Part shown: positions 1 to 9,422 of the stretch, piece after piece
Position numbering within the stretch: the first letter of the stretch is position 1
How the letters are laid out: each line of letters begins with the position of its first letter
Source: Methanothermobacter thermautotrophicus str. Delta H
Lineage (GTDB): Archaea > Methanobacteriota > Methanobacteria > Methanobacteriales > Methanothermobacteraceae
Direction of reading: 5' to 3'
Assembly (NCBI RefSeq): GCF_000008645.1
Contig: NC_000916.1
Location: 360,001 to 392,000 of the forward strand
DNA length: 32,000 bases
Program-made: the position numbers and the translations under genes
Notes under the pieces: generated by a model
Told to the model about the DNA's origin: nothing
Databases searched by the model: none
Seen by the model: the letters and a program-made list of their open reading frames with translations, nothing else

Positions 1-1
1 T

Positions 2-466
2 GAGTTGACCGTGAGTGGAGTTGTAATTCTCTGGGTCTCCATAACGGTTATACAGCTCATAAGGAAGCTCCTCACATCCATCACGAGGGAGGCCCTCCAG
101 GACACCATGGGCGTGGATGAACTGAAGGAGGGCATGATACTCGCAAGCACCCTCTACAGGAAGGGCGATGAATACTACTTCGATGACAGTTCACTCCTTG
201 ACAGGTTCCGGACAGCTGCGAGGACCGGTGATGTATCTGCACTGACCTACAGGGGTGAACCTGTGGTGTCTGCCATGGCAGCCGGTCTCCGGGAGGAGGA
301 GATTGAGACCCTCAGGGACCTTGTATCCAGGGGCAAGATAAAGGATGAGTTCCGGATAAGACGCGGTATGCCCTTTGCTCCTGCAATCTTCATAGGGCTC
401 CTGGTTTCACTCCTTATAGGGGACCTTGCAATGATACTGTTCAGGTTATTTGACATCATATTCTAG
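2..466 (+). CDS. C-terminal part of archaeal prepilin peptidase (EppA/A24-like), truncated by window start
   Basis: The frame is open from the window edge. It has a TM segment, an 'ELKEGMILA' segment, and ends 'IRRGMPFAPAIFIGLLVSLLIGDLAMILF', resembling the C-terminus of archaeal class III prepilin peptidases. The catalytic region is not visible. Followed directly by genes with class III signal peptides. Confidence 0.65.
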   Translation, partial: ELTVSGVVILWVSITVIQLIRKLLTSITREALQDTMGVDELKEGMILASTLYRKGDEYYFDDSSLLDRFRTAARTGDVSALTYRGEPVVSAMAAGLREEEIETLRDLVSRGKIKDEFRIRRGMPFAPAIFIGLLVSLLIGDLAMILFRLFDIIF

Positions 467-539
467 TTCAGGTGGTGAGGGTTACCGGTCTGGTGAGCCA
501 GATAACGGGGTGGGCACTGCCATGATCTCCCGGATGTTC

Positions 540-552
540 ACCAAATATATAA
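540..552 (+). promoter_or_regulatory. Archaeal TATA box upstream of pilin-like gene
   Basis: 'ccaaatatataag' about 50 nt upstream of ATG 600; an AGGTGAT ribosome-binding site precedes the ATG. Confidence 0.5.
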
Positions 553-599
553 GTGTAGCCCTACAGAATCTAATGCAGAGATGTTTAAAGGTGATCTAT

Positions 600-1031
600 A
601 TGGATAGCAGGGGACAGGTCTCCCTGGAGTACCTTCTGCTGATACTCGTGGTCCTCCTCATCCTTGGAGGAGTAACGATACCCCTCATAGGAAGTTCAAT
701 TGAGGCAAGCACTGATGTTTCAAGGGCATCAGATGCCAAGGTGGCTGTTCAGACCATTGCAAATGCGGCTGACATAGTATACGCCAACGGGCCGGGTGCA
801 AAGAGGACGGTGAGCTTCTACATACCGGTTGATGGAGTCCTCATCACCGGCAATAACAGCGTCATATTCACAGTCACCTACACCAACGGCACGGTATCAA
901 ATATAACTGCACCGACACAGTACAACGTGACATCACAGTCCGTGCAGGTGCAGAGGGGATGGTACACGGCTGTCATATACTGGCCACTGAATTCAAACAA
1001 CGTTGTTGTAACGAATGTGACAAGGAAGTAG
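600..1031 (+). CDS. Class III signal peptide (type IV pilin-like) protein
   Basis: ATG at 600 (RBS aaaggtgat) gives MDSRGQVSLEYLLLILVVLLILGG, a canonical archaeal G|QxSxEY motif followed by a hydrophobic helix. The ORF track start at 450 is probably too far upstream. Confidence 0.85.
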   Translation: MDSRGQVSLEYLLLILVVLLILGGVTIPLIGSSIEASTDVSRASDAKVAVQTIANAADIVYANGPGAKRTVSFYIPVDGVLITGNNSVIFTVTYTNGTVSNITAPTQYNVTSQSVQVQRGWYTAVIYWPLNSNNVVVTNVTRK

Positions 1032-1039
1032 GTGATTGA

Positions 1040-1939
1040 ATGGATTTCTTCTCAAGACTCGGCAGTGCAGTGATAGCTCTATTTAACATCATGGGAACCG
1101 TCATATTTGAACTGGTAAGGCTCCCCGGGAGGATAAGGAGGGCTGCCTCAGGTCTGCGGGAGGGACTCTCCAGGGTCGAGGTGGATGAAATACGGGATAA
1201 AATTCATGACAAAACAAGGACGATAGGGGAGCGAATACCGGTGCAGCGTGATGAGGAGGTCAGGGAGATCCTTGAGGAGGCACGAAACCATGACATCAGG
1301 ATACCTGAGGACGACGCACCCATAATAATCAGGACACCCCAATTTGACCCGGCAGAGAAGGAGAATGCTGTCCTCAAACTCCAGATTGCAGCCTCACTCT
1401 TCATCATAATATCCATAGTCTATGTCTTCAACTTCATATCCATCCTTGTGTTCCTTCCGGCTGCCCTTCTGCTCCTAGCTCTCCTCCTTTACATACTCTA
1501 CAGACAGATAAGGGTAATGTACCCCGGGGACTTTGAGGCCTACAGGGACTTCTTCCTCATGTACGTGGCTGTGGGTGTGGTTATAATCCTTGTCTCAGGC
1601 AACTCGGCCCTGACAATGGCGTTTCCATTCGTATTCTTCCCTGCCCTCACAACGCTCCTCTTCGCGGTGATCGCGGTTGCAGCGGTCTTCCTGATATTCA
1701 GGGTGAGGTATGTGCGTGACTACACCTTCGGTGAGGTTATAGAGGTGGGTGAGAACACCTCCTATGTACGTGTTGACTATGATATAAGGAGCAACGTCAA
1801 ACCCGATGTTTACATAGTTGAGAATAATGGCTTCCATGTTGATGTCCATGATACTGTGAAGCTTGCAGTTGAGGGCTCGGTCATGAGCATGAGGGGTAAC
1901 AGGCCGGTGAGGATAATAGGAGTGGAAGGCCTCCGCTGA
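1040..1939 (+). CDS. Multi-pass membrane protein of unknown function (possibly DUF2101-like)
   Basis: RBS ggtgattga before ATG 1040; 299 aa with a charged N-terminal region, several TM helices and a soluble beta-rich C-terminus. Confidence 0.75.
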   Translation: MDFFSRLGSAVIALFNIMGTVIFELVRLPGRIRRAASGLREGLSRVEVDEIRDKIHDKTRTIGERIPVQRDEEVREILEEARNHDIRIPEDDAPIIIRTPQFDPAEKENAVLKLQIAASLFIIISIVYVFNFISILVFLPAALLLLALLLYILYRQIRVMYPGDFEAYRDFFLMYVAVGVVIILVSGNSALTMAFPFVFFPALTTLLFAVIAVAAVFLIFRVRYVRDYTFGEVIEVGENTSYVRVDYDIRSNVKPDVYIVENNGFHVDVHDTVKLAVEGSVMSMRGNRPVRIIGVEGLR

Positions 1940-2015
1940 TTAATAACCCTTAATTTTTCAGATTCTATGCGGAACCTTAATGTTGCACTGAAAAATCAAA
2001 TATCAGGGATATCGC

Positions 2016-2399
2016 CTATATCTGGACCGTGTATGTCCTGTCCCCAAGTCTGACGGTGGTGCTGTTAACCGGTTTCACACCGCTGACGGTGAGGAGTGAC
2101 TCCACAGTCCTGTTGATGACCAGGGCACGGTACTCAGGGGGAACCGGCCTTTCAAAGGAGATGCTTATCACCCTGTTGCTCCCGCCGGTGATCTTTATGC
2201 CGGTGACCCTCATGGGTTTCATCGATACATTCGTATAGGACATCTCAGATATGGCGCCGGTCGCGCCCTCCCTGGCAGCGGTTGCGATGCTGTTTTCCTG
2301 TGACTGGGGGCCTGCGATTGATGAGAAAACAAGTACAATTACCACTATGAATGAAACGATCAAAAGAAACTCGGCTGATATCTGTCCCCTGAAGTCCAT
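2016..2399 (-). CDS. Class III signal peptide (type IV pilin-like) small protein, opposite strand
   Basis: N-terminus MDFRGQISAEFLLIVSFIVVIVLVFSSI matches the archaeal class III prepilin motif. Confidence 0.8.
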   Translation of the reverse strand: MDFRGQISAEFLLIVSFIVVIVLVFSSIAGPQSQENSIATAAREGATGAISEMSYTNVSMKPMRVTGIKITGGSNRVISISFERPVPPEYRALVINRTVESLLTVSGVKPVNSTTVRLGDRTYTVQI

Positions 2400-2489
2400 A
2401 ATACATCCCTCACGTTGATATATGGATGAGGAAATATATAATAATAGTCACTGTCATAGATTATGTTATAAAATGGAAAGGGGATAAGC
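2400..2489. promoter_or_regulatory. Divergent promoter region between the two pilin-like units
   Basis: AT-rich with 'gaaatatataataatag' (plus-strand TATA, about 2431-2446) and 'gatatatgg' (2417-2425, candidate minus-strand TATA). Confidence 0.45.
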
Positions 2490-3374
2490 TTGAGGGATTT
2501 ACTGTCTGATAGAAGGGGATTTGCATTTTCACTGGACGTACTCCTGGCCATCATACCATTAACAATACTGCTCGGTATGCTGGCAGCTGACATGGACAAC
2601 ATCATGTATCTCACCCAGAGCACCGTCTATCAGAGCTCCCTTGACCGTCAGGCATCTGATGTAGCCGACGCCCTGGTGGAGTCATCCGGTATTCCACCTG
2701 ACTGGGAACAGAAGGGAAACCCGGATAGCATAGGACTTGCAAGGTACGACCCGGTCAGAAAAATTCCCCAGAAGAACTATCTCTCCCCTGCCAAGATCGC
2801 GGGGATTAACACAACGAATATGGGGGAACTGGTGGGTCCCGAGTATTGATACTACATCAACATAAGCACCACCGAGGGTCTCACAGTGAGGACCCTGGGG
2901 ACACTCAACACCAGCGCCCCTGACATTGCAAGGGTTGAACGCTACGTCCTCACAACAAAGGTGGAGCGTGTTGGTTCACTGGAGGGCCTCATAAGGGACG
3001 CCGGGCAGCCAAGGACATACACAACCAACTTCCCCACCAATGATGCCTATCTGAGGATATATGACTACTGGGTCCTTGTTATAAACAGGGGGTACGATTC
3101 TGCCTTCGTGGATGTTAACAACAACCGTGTCGTGCCACCAAATGAGATAAACAGGCATATAACCGAGATAAAGAAGCAGATAAATGAGACCTACCTCTAC
3201 AATTACACAGAGTTCAGGGACAACATACTGAGTGTCAGGACCCAGAGTAACCCCGGGGCTTCCATGGATGTATACATCCTTGCAGCGCCGAAGGGGACAC
3301 CCCCAGGGCAGATAACACTGGACAATGTGAGGGTAAAACCCGCAAGGTTCGTCCTGTATCTCTGGTTAAAGTGA
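2490..3374 (+). pseudogene. Secreted/membrane-anchored pilin-like protein interrupted by an in-frame TGA at 2847-2849
   Basis: ORFs 2490..2849 and 2886..3374 share one frame. Between them: gag tat TGA tac tac atc aac ata agc acc acc gag ggt ctc aca gtg. N-terminus is MRDLLSDRRGFAFSLDVLLAIIPLTILLG. The downstream half has no RBS of its own. It could be a pseudogene, a sequencing error or recoding. Confidence 0.7.
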
Positions 3375-3389
3375 TTGAAAGGTGATGAA

Positions 3390-5378
3390 ATGATCCGTGG
3401 TTTCAATGATGATGAGGGTGGATTCATATTCACAACGGACGCAGTACTGGCACTCATAGTTGTATTCATATTCACAGCGTCAATCGTAACCTACTTCGCC
3501 CTGCCCAGTTACATGGGGGCTGACCACCAGCACCTTGAGGCCCTCGCAGCGGATGCACTGGATATTATGAGGCAGGACGGGACCCTCTACTCTGCAGCCG
3601 CCATGTACTCACGCAACAACACCGCGGGGGCAGAGAACCTCATAGAGTCCGAGTTACAGTCCCTGCTACCTCCAGGGGTTGGTTATGAGTTCAAGATGGG
3701 GCCATATCCGACCCTGAGGAACGATAGCGGCATACTCGTCTCAAGGGACACTGCATCAAGGGCCATCGTTATTTCAGGACCTGAGGAGGGCTGGCTCGGA
3801 CGCGCATGGTACAAGATGGAGGAGGTCACCCTCGAGGACCAGGAGATAAACTCAACAACAACGGTCTGGAACTTCCATAACTGGCTTAGTAACTACTGGA
3901 GCAGTCTCTATTATAGACCATACTGGGGTTACCAGACAGCCCCCAGAAACATCAGCTTCTCTGTCCCATCAACCAGTATCAACTGGGGAAGGTTTCTCCT
4001 GGGGTCCTGCAACCGGCGGAACCGGTCATCCTACGGGGCGAATGTTGTTATAAACAATGTGCCGCATATCGTGAGAAACGACAGTTTCACCTTCCTCAAC
4101 CTCCGTCCCGGGACCACGAGGGAGCTCATGTACAACTATCAGGGTAACATCACATCCCTCACCGGCGGAAGCAACAACTTCTATGTCCAGTTCACAAACA
4201 TGACCACAACAGGGAGCAGCGACTATGACCTTCCCTGGTTCTCAATAATAGCCAACTACACAACCACCATAAAGGTCCCGAAGGGTATCATCACCCGGAC
4301 CTTCCAGTTCAATGATGCTGCGGGACTGGCGGTGCCAAGCCTCACAAGGTTAGATACGAATGGGACCCTAGGTTACGGACGTATATATGACCTGAACACG
4401 GGCACAGTCACCAGCCTCAACACCAGGAGGGTAATAACCTGGAACAGCATGGTCAGACAGAATCATGCCTACTCAGACGGTCTCCCCTTTGTAATTGATA
4501 GCGTTAATGGTTGGACTGCTGATGGTTCCGCGGTGAGCGTCACCCAGGACATACCGATACCTCCCGGTTCAAGGATACTTGACGCCTACACCGTCGTGAA
4601 CCCATACGGTGGTGTTGACGATGCCCTGGTGGAGGTCTGGAACGGCACAGCATGGAATGTGGCCTTCTGTTCATTTGATTACGGAGGCGTGGATTACAGT
4701 ACAGTCAGTGACGGATACGGTAACGTGCCGGGGATAGTCTACATCAGGGACTACCTCCGGGCTGGCCAGACAAACAGGGTCCGCGTCACAATATGGGACA
4801 ACGTTCCGGGACAGGACTACGACCTCGTGGGTCTTGTTGACTCCTACTCCACGGTATCATACACATCACTCCCGATCCAGTGGCACAACTATCCCTTCAA
4901 CAGTTACCAGAACTCAACAAATGTATCAGCACCTGTTAGACAGTTCACCATAGGATCAGACGCCAAGAAGTTCCTCCTCTTTGTTGGGGCAGGCCTGGAT
5001 ACTAAGTCGATTAAGGTTGAGGTTAAAAACTCAACCAGTGCCTGGACCCAGCTCTACAGCGGGCCGGTGCCATTCTCCCTGGATATCGGGGCCATCGATG
5101 TGGCCGGGAGCAGGATATTCACGACAGGCGGAAACCCCGGCAACTACAGCACAAGGCCCGGCACATACAATATCCGTGTAACCATAAACTCAGGTGCTGG
5201 ATGGGAGTCAGGGGACTCCAACGCCGAGATATACTCCGGTACACGGGTGGCCGTGATCTACCCGAAATTCCTGGCCAACATGTGGGCCACAGAATACGCC
5301 AATGATGCATACACGGCCCAGGCCCTTGCCAGGCAGGAGCTCATAGCCATGCTCCAGGGCATCAGGTTACAGCATTGA
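3390..5378 (+). CDS. Large secreted, N-terminally anchored surface protein (adhesin-like) with pilin-like N-terminus
   Basis: ATG 3390 (RBS ggtgatgaa) gives MIRGFNDDEGGFIFTTDAVLALIVVFIFTASIVTYFALP. The rest is about 620 aa, rich in Asn/Thr/Tyr/Gly with many N-x-S/T sequons. Confidence 0.75.
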   Translation: MIRGFNDDEGGFIFTTDAVLALIVVFIFTASIVTYFALPSYMGADHQHLEALAADALDIMRQDGTLYSAAAMYSRNNTAGAENLIESELQSLLPPGVGYEFKMGPYPTLRNDSGILVSRDTASRAIVISGPEEGWLGRAWYKMEEVTLEDQEINSTTTVWNFHNWLSNYWSSLYYRPYWGYQTAPRNISFSVPSTSINWGRFLLGSCNRRNRSSYGANVVINNVPHIVRNDSFTFLNLRPGTTRELMYNYQGNITSLTGGSNNFYVQFTNMTTTGSSDYDLPWFSIIANYTTTIKVPKGIITRTFQFNDAAGLAVPSLTRLDTNGTLGYGRIYDLNTGTVTSLNTRRVITWNSMVRQNHAYSDGLPFVIDSVNGWTADGSAVSVTQDIPIPPGSRILDAYTVVNPYGGVDDALVEVWNGTAWNVAFCSFDYGGVDYSTVSDGYGNVPGIVYIRDYLRAGQTNRVRVTIWDNVPGQDYDLVGLVDSYSTVSYTSLPIQWHNYPFNSYQNSTNVSAPVRQFTIGSDAKKFLLFVGAGLDTKSIKVEVKNSTSAWTQLYSGPVPFSLDIGAIDVAGSRIFTTGGNPGNYSTRPGTYNIRVTINSGAGWESGDSNAEIYSGTRVAVIYPKFLANMWATEYANDAYTAQALARQELIAMLQGIRLQH

Positions 5379-5465
5379 CCCCTCACTGATAAGGACAGAG
5401 GCACTCTACACCGGGGATATACCGAACTCCCTGCCGGTTAGATTAACACTATGGAGGGATTGATT

Positions 5466-6515
5466 ATGGGGATAATTGGCGATGAGGATGGATACGCATT
5501 CACACCCCTCGCAGTGCTCCTCTTCATACCGGTCATCATAATAGCCATATCATACGGGGACATCGTCAACGAGGCCAACATGCTGGCAGCACTCTCAACG
5601 GGTGGTGATGTCACCATAACCGTTGTGGGTTCAATATATTCAACTGTGGAGAAGGCTGCGGCTGACGCCGGACGTAACGCGGCCTACAATGCATCAAGGA
5701 ATGTCATAGACAATGCAGAGTTCTTCCCGCAGGGGACAAGCAAGGCGAATATAACAGAGAACGTTGTGAATGCCCTGAATGACAACATCATAAACACGTC
5801 CCTGGAACTTGAAAGGCAGACCGGTCGCCAGATCTACATCAACAATGTACCCATAAACAATTACACCAGCGCCACATTCACAACCTCCGACGTGACCCTT
5901 ACACAGGACGACCCCTTCGGGTTCAGGGTTGAGATAAGGAGGGGCATACCCCTGAAGATTGTCCAGCAGGACCAGGTCTATGAGTTCACACTCCCGCCGG
6001 TCTCATCATATGTGAGCCTTGAGGGTATAGAGGACCCCTACATATGGATAAACACGAAGTTCCGTACAAGTAACGTCATATACAAGTACCCATACTATGC
6101 AACTAACGGTACCTACGCCGATTACCGCCTGAATGAGAGTGTTGATAATGAGGGCCACCTTCAGAACCTGTGGTACTGTCTTAACGGGACAGATAACTCC
6201 AGTAACATCACCCCGAGGCCCTACTACTTTGTGGATCCCAATGGACTCTCCTTCTTTGACCGGCTTGAGAACCGTTCAAGCTCCGCTGATCCTGCCTACG
6301 CAAGGATGAGCACCTTCATAATAGGGGATCCGCTCCTGGAGGACCACAACGGCAACCAGTACATATCAAAGGTCGACAGGGAGTACTTCCTTGGAATCGC
6401 AGGTACAACCATAAAGGTCAGGAAAAATGACATGTACGACCCGCTGGGGGCACCCTTCTGTCTCTCAGCAACCTACAAGAACCTCCTAGGTCTTGCTGCA
6501 AACAACTACAATTAA
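5466..6515 (+). CDS. Secreted protein with pilin-like N-terminal anchor
   Basis: ATG 5466 preceded by ggagggattgatt gives MGIIGDEDGYAFTPLAVLLFIPVIIIAISYG, then a long extracytoplasmic region with N-x-S/T sequons. Confidence 0.7.
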   Translation: MGIIGDEDGYAFTPLAVLLFIPVIIIAISYGDIVNEANMLAALSTGGDVTITVVGSIYSTVEKAAADAGRNAAYNASRNVIDNAEFFPQGTSKANITENVVNALNDNIINTSLELERQTGRQIYINNVPINNYTSATFTTSDVTLTQDDPFGFRVEIRRGIPLKIVQQDQVYEFTLPPVSSYVSLEGIEDPYIWINTKFRTSNVIYKYPYYATNGTYADYRLNESVDNEGHLQNLWYCLNGTDNSSNITPRPYYFVDPNGLSFFDRLENRSSSADPAYARMSTFIIGDPLLEDHNGNQYISKVDREYFLGIAGTTIKVRKNDMYDPLGAPFCLSATYKNLLGLAANNYN

Positions 6516-6545
6516 TGTTTTGAGTCAGCAGTTAAAGGTGATCCA

Positions 6546-6938
6546 ATGGATGAAGGTGGAGTTTTAAGTATAGATTTCCTCTTTGCAACACTGATAGCCC
6601 TCATAATAATTGCGGGTATGGTCAGCATGGTGGACAGTGAACTCTCAAGGACACAGGCCGGTGAACTGGGCCAGGCAAGGATGATGGGTGAACGTGTTGC
6701 AGGTGCCGTCAATGCAGCATACACCAATGGTCCAGGGTTTGCCGTTAACCTTACACTACCCTCTGATTTTCCCTACACAGTTGAGGTGAGGAACGGGCAG
6801 GTCACCGTGTTCTACAAATCCCAGAGGATCAAACTGAGTATCATACCGAAGGTGAATGTGACCACAACCAACATGACCCCTGGAAAATACACTGTGAGGA
6901 ACCAGAACGGTACAATAACCGTAACGAAGATAACCTGA
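6546..6938 (+). CDS. Small secreted protein with diverged class III pilin-like N-terminus
   Basis: RBS aaaggtgatcca before ATG 6546; MDEGGVLSIDFLFATLIALIIIAGMVSMVDSELSR resembles minor pilins. Confidence 0.7.
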   Translation: MDEGGVLSIDFLFATLIALIIIAGMVSMVDSELSRTQAGELGQARMMGERVAGAVNAAYTNGPGFAVNLTLPSDFPYTVEVRNGQVTVFYKSQRIKLSIIPKVNVTTTNMTPGKYTVRNQNGTITVTKIT

Positions 6939-7032
6939 GCACTGTGAGGAACCGGTACAATAACGGTAATGAAGATACTGAGATCCTGATACGCCAATGA
7001 GCTGACATTATGAGATTTAAGGAGGAAATACC

Positions 7033-7437
7033 TTGCTTGATGATCTTAGATGGGAATATAAGGCCCTCATACTTATCGGCATAGTCACAATTTCAATAGT
7101 AATCTACTCATACAGCTCCTTCAATTCAGGTGAAAGGGAGCGGATTTCAGATTCCAGCCCTGTTGAGCCTCAGCCCCAGCCGGTGCCCATCAACATCCCC
7201 AACATGACATCAGAGAACACCAGCAGCAGCACAGAGAATGTAACAGCCGAGGAGGCAAGGCAGATAGCCGGTGAATCGGGTTACACTGCGGGCCAGCCAT
7301 CGAGGGGTTCAATCACTATAAACGGTACCGATGTTCCTGTCTGGGTTGTTCCGCTTCAGAGGGGTGGCAGGACCGTCAGGGAGGTCTATGTCAGTATTGA
7401 GGGCGGCCAGATAGTTGGCAAGAGGGAATTCCAGTGA
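7033..7437 (+). CDS. Membrane-anchored protein with possible PepSY-like C-terminus
   Basis: TTG start with strong RBS aaggaggaaa; one TM helix, a Pro/Ser/Thr linker, then 'EEARQIAGESGY...VWVVPLQRGGRTVREVYVSIEGGQIVGKREFQ'. Confidence 0.6.
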   Translation: MLDDLRWEYKALILIGIVTISIVIYSYSSFNSGERERISDSSPVEPQPQPVPINIPNMTSENTSSSTENVTAEEARQIAGESGYTAGQPSRGSITINGTDVPVWVVPLQRGGRTVREVYVSIEGGQIVGKREFQ

Positions 7438-7516
7438 GCCATCTGATCACAAGATATTTAAGTTCCCATGAAATACTATTGATAAACTGTTAAAAAGCCT
7501 TCTATAAGGATCTGCG

Positions 7517-8323
7517 GTGAATACAATGGACGTTCTAGGTGTAACTGTAATGCTGGCCCTCTTTATTCTACTGCTTGCATTCATATTCTCTACAGGTCTC
7601 ATGACACCAATAATCGGGAAGAAGAACCTGCTATTTGTGGTTTTCATAGGCTTCATTGCAGGGACGGTCGGCGGGGCCTTCTTAATATCCCCTGTCTATG
7701 ATGAGATCCCCGAGATCGCGAGGGGGGTATACATCTCCACTGAAGGTGGCACAGAGAATGTAACGGCTGATGTTTCAACAGCCACGGATATAATGAAGCT
7801 CACAGAGGAACTCGCAGCCCAGGAGGGGGTTGTGGATGTCCATTCAGAGGGGATAGTGATAAGGACTGACAGATTTTCAGAGAACCGTAAAAGGATAATA
7901 GAGGAGAAGGTATCGATAATAGACTCCAACATAACATCAGGGAAGGTTTACACAAACGGCACAATAATTTTACAGGTTAAAAAGGGCTACAATCCTGTAA
8001 AAGCCCTTGAAAACCTTGCAGAGTGGTTAATGTACACTGGAGGCATAAAAACAAGGTACAGCACCGTCCACCTGGTGGTGGAGGTGAAGCCCCAGAATGT
8101 TGACCAGGTGGTATCCTACCTCCAGGCAAGGGAGATAGTTGTTACCGGGGTGAAGGGTCCAGCCGAGGAGAAGGTGGCTGCATTGAAGAGATCACTCCCG
8201 GATAAATCCAACATAGTACTCTTCTGCGGTGTCCTCGGAATGCTAACAGGACTTGCAGGTGTTTTCATTGACTCCATCTTCGGCTTTGTGAGGGGTATAT
8301 ACCAGAGATACAGGGGTGTCTGA
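7517..8323 (+). CDS. Membrane protein of unknown function
   Basis: 268 aa: two N-terminal TM helices, an extracytoplasmic domain, and C-terminal TM segment(s). Stop overlaps the next ATG (tgATGa). Confidence 0.65.
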   Translation: MNTMDVLGVTVMLALFILLLAFIFSTGLMTPIIGKKNLLFVVFIGFIAGTVGGAFLISPVYDEIPEIARGVYISTEGGTENVTADVSTATDIMKLTEELAAQEGVVDVHSEGIVIRTDRFSENRKRIIEEKVSIIDSNITSGKVYTNGTIILQVKKGYNPVKALENLAEWLMYTGGIKTRYSTVHLVVEVKPQNVDQVVSYLQAREIVVTGVKGPAEEKVAALKRSLPDKSNIVLFCGVLGMLTGLAGVFIDSIFGFVRGIYQRYRGV

Positions 8324-9003
8324 TGAGGTCTGCAGTTCTATATTCAGGTGGTAAGGACAGCACGATGGCCCTTTACCATGCACTGCAGGAATCTGAGGTC
8401 GAATTTCTGGTATCTGTGATCTCAGATAACCCTGAATCCCATATGTACCATGTGCCCAACATACACCTGACAGCCCTCCTTGCAGAGGCCGTTGGAATAC
8501 CCCTCATAGAATCCAGGACCGCAGGGGTTGAGGAGGAGGAGGTTGAGGACCTCGCCGGCACACTTAAGACCCTGAGGGAGAGGGGTGTGGAGGCTGTCTA
8601 CTCCGGGGCTCTCTACTCCGAGTATCAGAAGTCAAGGATAGACTCCATCTGCAGGAGGCTGGGTTTAAGGTCAGTGGCACCCCTCTGGCACAGGGACCCC
8701 CTGGATTACATGGAGGAGATAGTTGACCTTGGATTCAGGGTCATGGTGACGGCTGTTGCAGCTGAGGGTCTTGATGAGTCATGGCTTGGGAGGATAGTTG
8801 ACAGAAAGATGATAGATGAACTGGCGGATCTGAGTGAGAGGTACGGTATAAACCCTGCATTTGAGGGTGGTGAAGCCGAATCACTGGTCCTTGACGGTCC
8901 AATATTTAAGAAGCGACTCGAGATACTTGAATACGAAAAGAAGTGGTTCTTTGATAATGGCTTCCTGGACATAAAGAGGGCTGTGCTGGTTGATAAGGAT
9001 TAG
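8323..9003 (+). CDS. dph6: Diphthine--ammonia ligase-like ATP-PPase (Dph6 family)
   Basis: N-terminal PP-loop motif YSGGKDSTMAL plus ESRTAG, VYSGALYSEYQKSRID and PLWHRDPLDYMEE motifs of the MJ0570/Dph6 family. Confidence 0.85.
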   Translation: MRSAVLYSGGKDSTMALYHALQESEVEFLVSVISDNPESHMYHVPNIHLTALLAEAVGIPLIESRTAGVEEEEVEDLAGTLKTLRERGVEAVYSGALYSEYQKSRIDSICRRLGLRSVAPLWHRDPLDYMEEIVDLGFRVMVTAVAAEGLDESWLGRIVDRKMIDELADLSERYGINPAFEGGEAESLVLDGPIFKKRLEILEYEKKWFFDNGFLDIKRAVLVDKD

Positions 9004-9023
9004 GTTAAGGTCTGACTGTGAGC

Positions 9024-9422
9024 TCAATCAGCAACGTCTTCAGGGACTGAGACATCGGGTGCCAGCCAGTCTATTAAACCCATTATATCGTCTGATTCAA
9101 TCTCCACAAGTATGTCACCCAGTGCGGAGATGGACTCCTCAAGGACGTTCACCCGGTTCATAAGGGCGGCCTGTTTGTTAATGTAAAACCATGTTGAATT
9201 GTCCCTGAGGTGTTTTTTGAGTATATTCCTTGCCGTGAGCCTTATTCTCCTTTTCTCAAGGACCTCCTGGAGGTTCCTGAGGCTCCCGCTATCACCGGTG
9301 CCCCTCACGGCGTCATCTTCAACCTCAATTTCAAGTTCAGGGAAGACGTTGAGAACAGCCTCCCCCACCTTCTCTGGATCCTCTGTCGCCCTGACCGGGG
9401 CTTCAACTTTAACTTTATCCAT
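9024..9422 (-). CDS. UPF0201 family protein (predicted RNA-binding)
   Basis: MDKVKVEAPVRATEDPEKVGEAVLNVFPELEIEVEDDAVRGTG...ARNILKKHL; start MDKVKV at 9422 overlaps the end of the upstream gene by a few nt. Confidence 0.8.
   Translation of the reverse strand: MDKVKVEAPVRATEDPEKVGEAVLNVFPELEIEVEDDAVRGTGDSGSLRNLQEVLEKRRIRLTARNILKKHLRDNSTWFYINKQAALMNRVNVLEESISALGDILVEIESDDIMGLIDWLAPDVSVPEDVAD

Noticed and set aside
450-599. N-terminal extension of the first pilin-like ORF
   Set aside because: The extension contains the TATA box and RBS. ATG 600 gives a textbook class III signal peptide. Likewise the extension 21910..22002 of the histidine kinase contains a TATA element.
2847-2849. TGA as selenocysteine codon
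   Set aside because: Both flanks are a non-redox surface protein and this lineage is not known to encode Sec machinery. I saw no SECIS-like element by eye, but could not run a folding search.
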